DNA of 20,000 nucleotides from an uncultured virus (IMG/VR IMGVR_UViG_3300049576_000013) (Duplodnaviria; Heunggongvirae; Uroviricota; Caudoviricetes): IMG/VR virus record IMGVR_UViG_3300049576_000013, one strand, 5' to 3'. Both the position numbers and the translations under genes were made by a program. Below are positions 17,870 to 20,000 of this stretch, one piece after another. Positions within the stretch are counted from its first letter, which is position 1. The number at the start of each line of letters is the position of its first letter. The notes beneath the pieces are model-generated. The model saw only the letters and a program-made list of their open reading frames with translations. It did not search any database and was not told the DNA's origin.

Positions 17870-18511
17870 CTAGGCGTTGGCGGTCGCGGGCATGGCTCGC
17901 ATCTGCTTCACCAGCGTGCTGACGTAGTTGTAGCTGAGACCGGTCTTCTCGACCAGCTCGTGTACGTCCGCCTGCGGGTACTTGGCGAGGAACATGGCCA
18001 CCTTCTCCCGGCCGGTCACCTTCGGCTCCTGCGGCGGCTTGGGGGCCGGCAGGTTCTTCTCCACCTCGGCCGCCGTCTTACCGGTGGCCAGGCGGGACTT
18101 GATGTCCCTGATCTGCGCCTCGATCTCCAGGACCAGGATGGCACAGACGAGCATGAAGCAGTCGATAGCGATAGGCAGGGTGTTAGCGGTCAGAAGATCG
18201 CCAGTCTCCCGGTGGAAAGCATCTCGCTGGTGGAAGAACGAGTTCAGCCCCATGAGGAACGCCAGGATGCTCAGGACGCCATAGAGCATGACCTTAAAGC
18301 TCCAGTGACGTTCCCGGGCCAGCGGGTTACGCGAAGCAACCTCGAAGGCCAGGAAGAACAGGACGGGTGGGCCGAGGGCGATGATCTGGGCTTCGAGGGT
18401 CGGGCGTGCATTGAGCACGTTGCCGGCCGCCGAGCCCGCCAGGCCCAGGACGGTGAGTCCCAGCAGCACCCAGCGGCGCCACTTCAGCTCCTTCAGTTTG
18501 TTGGGCAGCAT
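17870..18511 (-). CDS. Four-TM membrane protein (DUF2637-like) with C-terminal HTH
   Basis: Four hydrophobic segments (SAAGNVL, PPVLFFLAFE, SFFH, LPIAID) and a C-terminal VHELVEKTGLSYNYVSTL HTH; AAAGGGG RBS. Confidence 0.75.
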   Translation of the reverse strand: MLPNKLKELKWRRWVLLGLTVLGLAGSAAGNVLNARPTLEAQIIALGPPVLFFLAFEVASRNPLARERHWSFKVMLYGVLSILAFLMGLNSFFHQRDAFHRETGDLLTANTLPIAIDCFMLVCAILVLEIEAQIRDIKSRLATGKTAAEVEKNLPAPKPPQEPKVTGREKVAMFLAKYPQADVHELVEKTGLSYNYVSTLVKQMRAMPATANA

Positions 18512-18599
18512 TGATTTGTCCCCTTTCAGGGTGGTTAAAGTGATTGGTCCGGGGCAGCGGGAACACTCGATCTACCGCTGAAGCTCACCGGTACGTGGA

Positions 18600-18628
18600 A
18601 CAGTACCCCAGGGGGGGGTGGGTGTCAA
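18600..18628 (-). promoter_or_regulatory. Near-consensus sigma70 promoter for the 17870-18511 gene
   Basis: TTGACA-17 bp-TACTGT on the minus strand. Confidence 0.75.
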
Positions 18629-18719
18629 GGGTGGGGCGAGGGGAATCAGGTTCGCAGCCTGCGCGCCCAGCCAGCCCAGCGCGCTGATCCCTCTTCTTAC
18701 CTGGCTGTCCAGGCCCCAG

Positions 18720-18935
18720 ACGCAGAACCGCGCCGCCCTCGGTGCCAGTACACCATGGGAGGGTGGCGCGGTCCTCGCCCGCGTACTGCGCCGGGCGTGA
18801 CCCCGGCTACGGGAGTTCAGTGCCCGGCCCCGGTCGCAATCAGGGGTGCGCTCACAGGGGCCGGGCCGGTGCCCGAGCAGTTGGGGGAACTTTTCAACCG
18901 CTGGGGTAGTCCCCCAACCGGAGTGTCCCGGGCAA
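18720..18935 (-). ncRNA. Candidate structured small RNA (~215 nt, four hairpins)
   Basis: Lies directly downstream of the promoter at 18941-18968. Four consecutive stems, the last terminator-like. No credible ORF. Confidence 0.6.
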
Positions 18936-18940
18936 CGTCA

Positions 18941-18968
18941 ACTCTACCACAGGGAGGGGTAGTTACAA
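18941..18968 (-). promoter_or_regulatory. Sigma70-type promoter for the candidate sRNA
   Basis: TTGTAA-CTACCCCTCCCTGTGG-TAGAGT; the spacer matches that at 15895-15910 at 15 of 16 positions. Confidence 0.65.
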
Positions 18969-19145
18969 GGGGTCGTCTGGGTCCGCCTTCCGCATCCCCA
19001 GCGTGGCCTGGAAGCCAGCGCCGCAGGCCAGCCACAAGGCGATGACACTGAGCACGTTCAGGTTCCTGGTGCTGTCCAGGAGCCAGATGAAGGTGACGAT
19101 GCCCCAGGCCACCACCAGGACCAGGGTGATGGTCCAGAACCACAT
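18963..19145 (-). CDS. Small two-TM membrane protein (60 aa)
   Basis: Two hydrophobic helices and a charged C-terminal tail; RBS weak. Confidence 0.55.
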   Translation of the reverse strand: MWFWTITLVLVVAWGIVTFIWLLDSTRNLNVLSVIALWLACGAGFQATLGMRKADPDDPL

Positions 19146-19147
19146 CC

Positions 19148-19197
19148 AAAAGGCCCCGCTACCAAGCCACTGTCTCCAGCGGTTCAGGGCGGGGCCT
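19148..19197 (-). terminator. Intrinsic terminator-like hairpin
   Basis: AGGCCCCGC...GCGGGGCCT followed by TTT on the minus strand, 13 nt after the stop at 19211. Confidence 0.6.
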
Positions 19198-19210
19198 CGT
19201 GGGTTCAGGA

Positions 19211-19510
19211 CTACTCCTCGACAGGCGGAGGCGGCGGGGTGTCCGAGCCATCGGCGTCGCCTACGGCCTCGTCGAGGGCCGTGAGAGCGGCACTGGCCTG
19301 ATCCAGAGCGGCCTGGCCAGCGGGGGTCAGGTTCTCCCGCTCGGCGTTCAGGGTCTCCAGAAGGGCCGTGAAGTCCGCGTGGACATCCTCCACGCGGGCG
19401 GTCAGGGTGTTCAGCTGCTCAGCAGCGGTGGCCATGATGTCCTCCAAGACGGCAAGCCGGGACGTGATCGGAGTCAGGTCGATCACCGCTACGGGTGAGC
19501 AGCCGCACAC
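19211..19510 (-). CDS. Acidic helical hypothetical protein (alternative in-frame start at 19435)
   Basis: AGGAGGAGGT RBS before GTG 19510 and GGAGG before ATG 19435. Amphipathic helices and a PPPPPVEE tail. Confidence 0.75.
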   Translation of the reverse strand: MCGCSPVAVIDLTPITSRLAVLEDIMATAAEQLNTLTARVEDVHADFTALLETLNAERENLTPAGQAALDQASAALTALDEAVGDADGSDTPPPPPVEE

Positions 19511-19537
19511 GTGGGACCTCCTCCTGTCAAGGTCAGC

Positions 19538-19993
19538 TTACCCAGCGTGGGGGAGGTGTGAACCCTCAGCGGGCCAAGGCGTCGAGGAGACGGCGCCAGA
19601 AGGACCTAGGAGGGGGCGTGAGGACTGACTTACCTTCCCTTGTCGCATGAATTCCAGCATGGCAGCTTCGCCTCGCTGCCGAGCCTCTGTCTCCTCCCGT
19701 TGGGCAATGGTCCGCTGGACCCTGCACGGCCAGGGCTCTTTGCACATCTGACAAGCGATCTTACCCGGCCAGGTGGGATCAAGGATCCGATCACCCTCAA
19801 TGAACCGCACTGTGTGCTGGGTCAGCTCGAAGGGGTGGTGGTTCTTCTTCAGGAGGGCGCGGACCTTGTGGTCCCCCAGTAGCCCCTCCCATCCCCCATC
19901 CCCCACAGCGTCCGGCCCGGACAAGGGTGACACGTCACCCTCCCCATGATCCACAACACCCTCAGAACCATGATCCATATCCATACTCATCAT
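19538..19993 (-). CDS. Hypothetical protein with putative Zn-binding H...CxxC...WPC motif (start uncertain)
   Basis: HHP...CQMCKEPWPC motif, of a kind common in small actinophage proteins; the N-terminal ~40 aa look doubtful. Confidence 0.55.
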   Translation of the reverse strand: MMSMDMDHGSEGVVDHGEGDVSPLSGPDAVGDGGWEGLLGDHKVRALLKKNHHPFELTQHTVRFIEGDRILDPTWPGKIACQMCKEPWPCRVQRTIAQREETEARQRGEAAMLEFMRQGKVSQSSRPLLGPSGAVSSTPWPAEGSHLPHAG

Positions 19994-20000
19994 CCCGTAA

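Noticed and set aside
18720..18935. tRNA or tmRNA
   Set aside because: No cloverleaf, TTC T-loop or acceptor stem recognisable.
19925..19940. Palindrome GGGTGAC-ac-GTCACCC
   Set aside because: Single short instance near the window edge; no supporting context.

Overview
GC-rich actinobacteriophage or prophage segment. The minus strand carries a virion-head operon: terminase large subunit, small membrane protein, portal, MuF-like head protein, multi-domain capsid maturation protease, and a giant (>1285 aa) ORF that the ORF track misses because it runs off the left edge. That giant ORF has a VIP2-like ADP-ribosyltransferase domain, Rho-N/HeH-like repeats, a probable wHTH and a GrpE-like domain. 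Divergently on the plus strand is a replication/recombination block (HTH, Cas4-like exonuclease, SSB-like protein, Prim-Pol/SF3 helicase) followed by two ParB-like genes. These converge at a bidirectional terminator with small leftward genes. The most unusual element is a ~450-bp non-coding array at 9162-9614. It has 14 units of YGAC-NNN-(YCNNN)2-7 with a near-invariant C every 5 nt and otherwise variable sequence, and starts right behind a sigma70-type promoter, so it is a candidate guide-RNA-like array. A second candidate ncRNA (~215 nt, four hairpins, own promoter) lies at ~18720-18935. All family calls are motif recognition by eye, not database searches.
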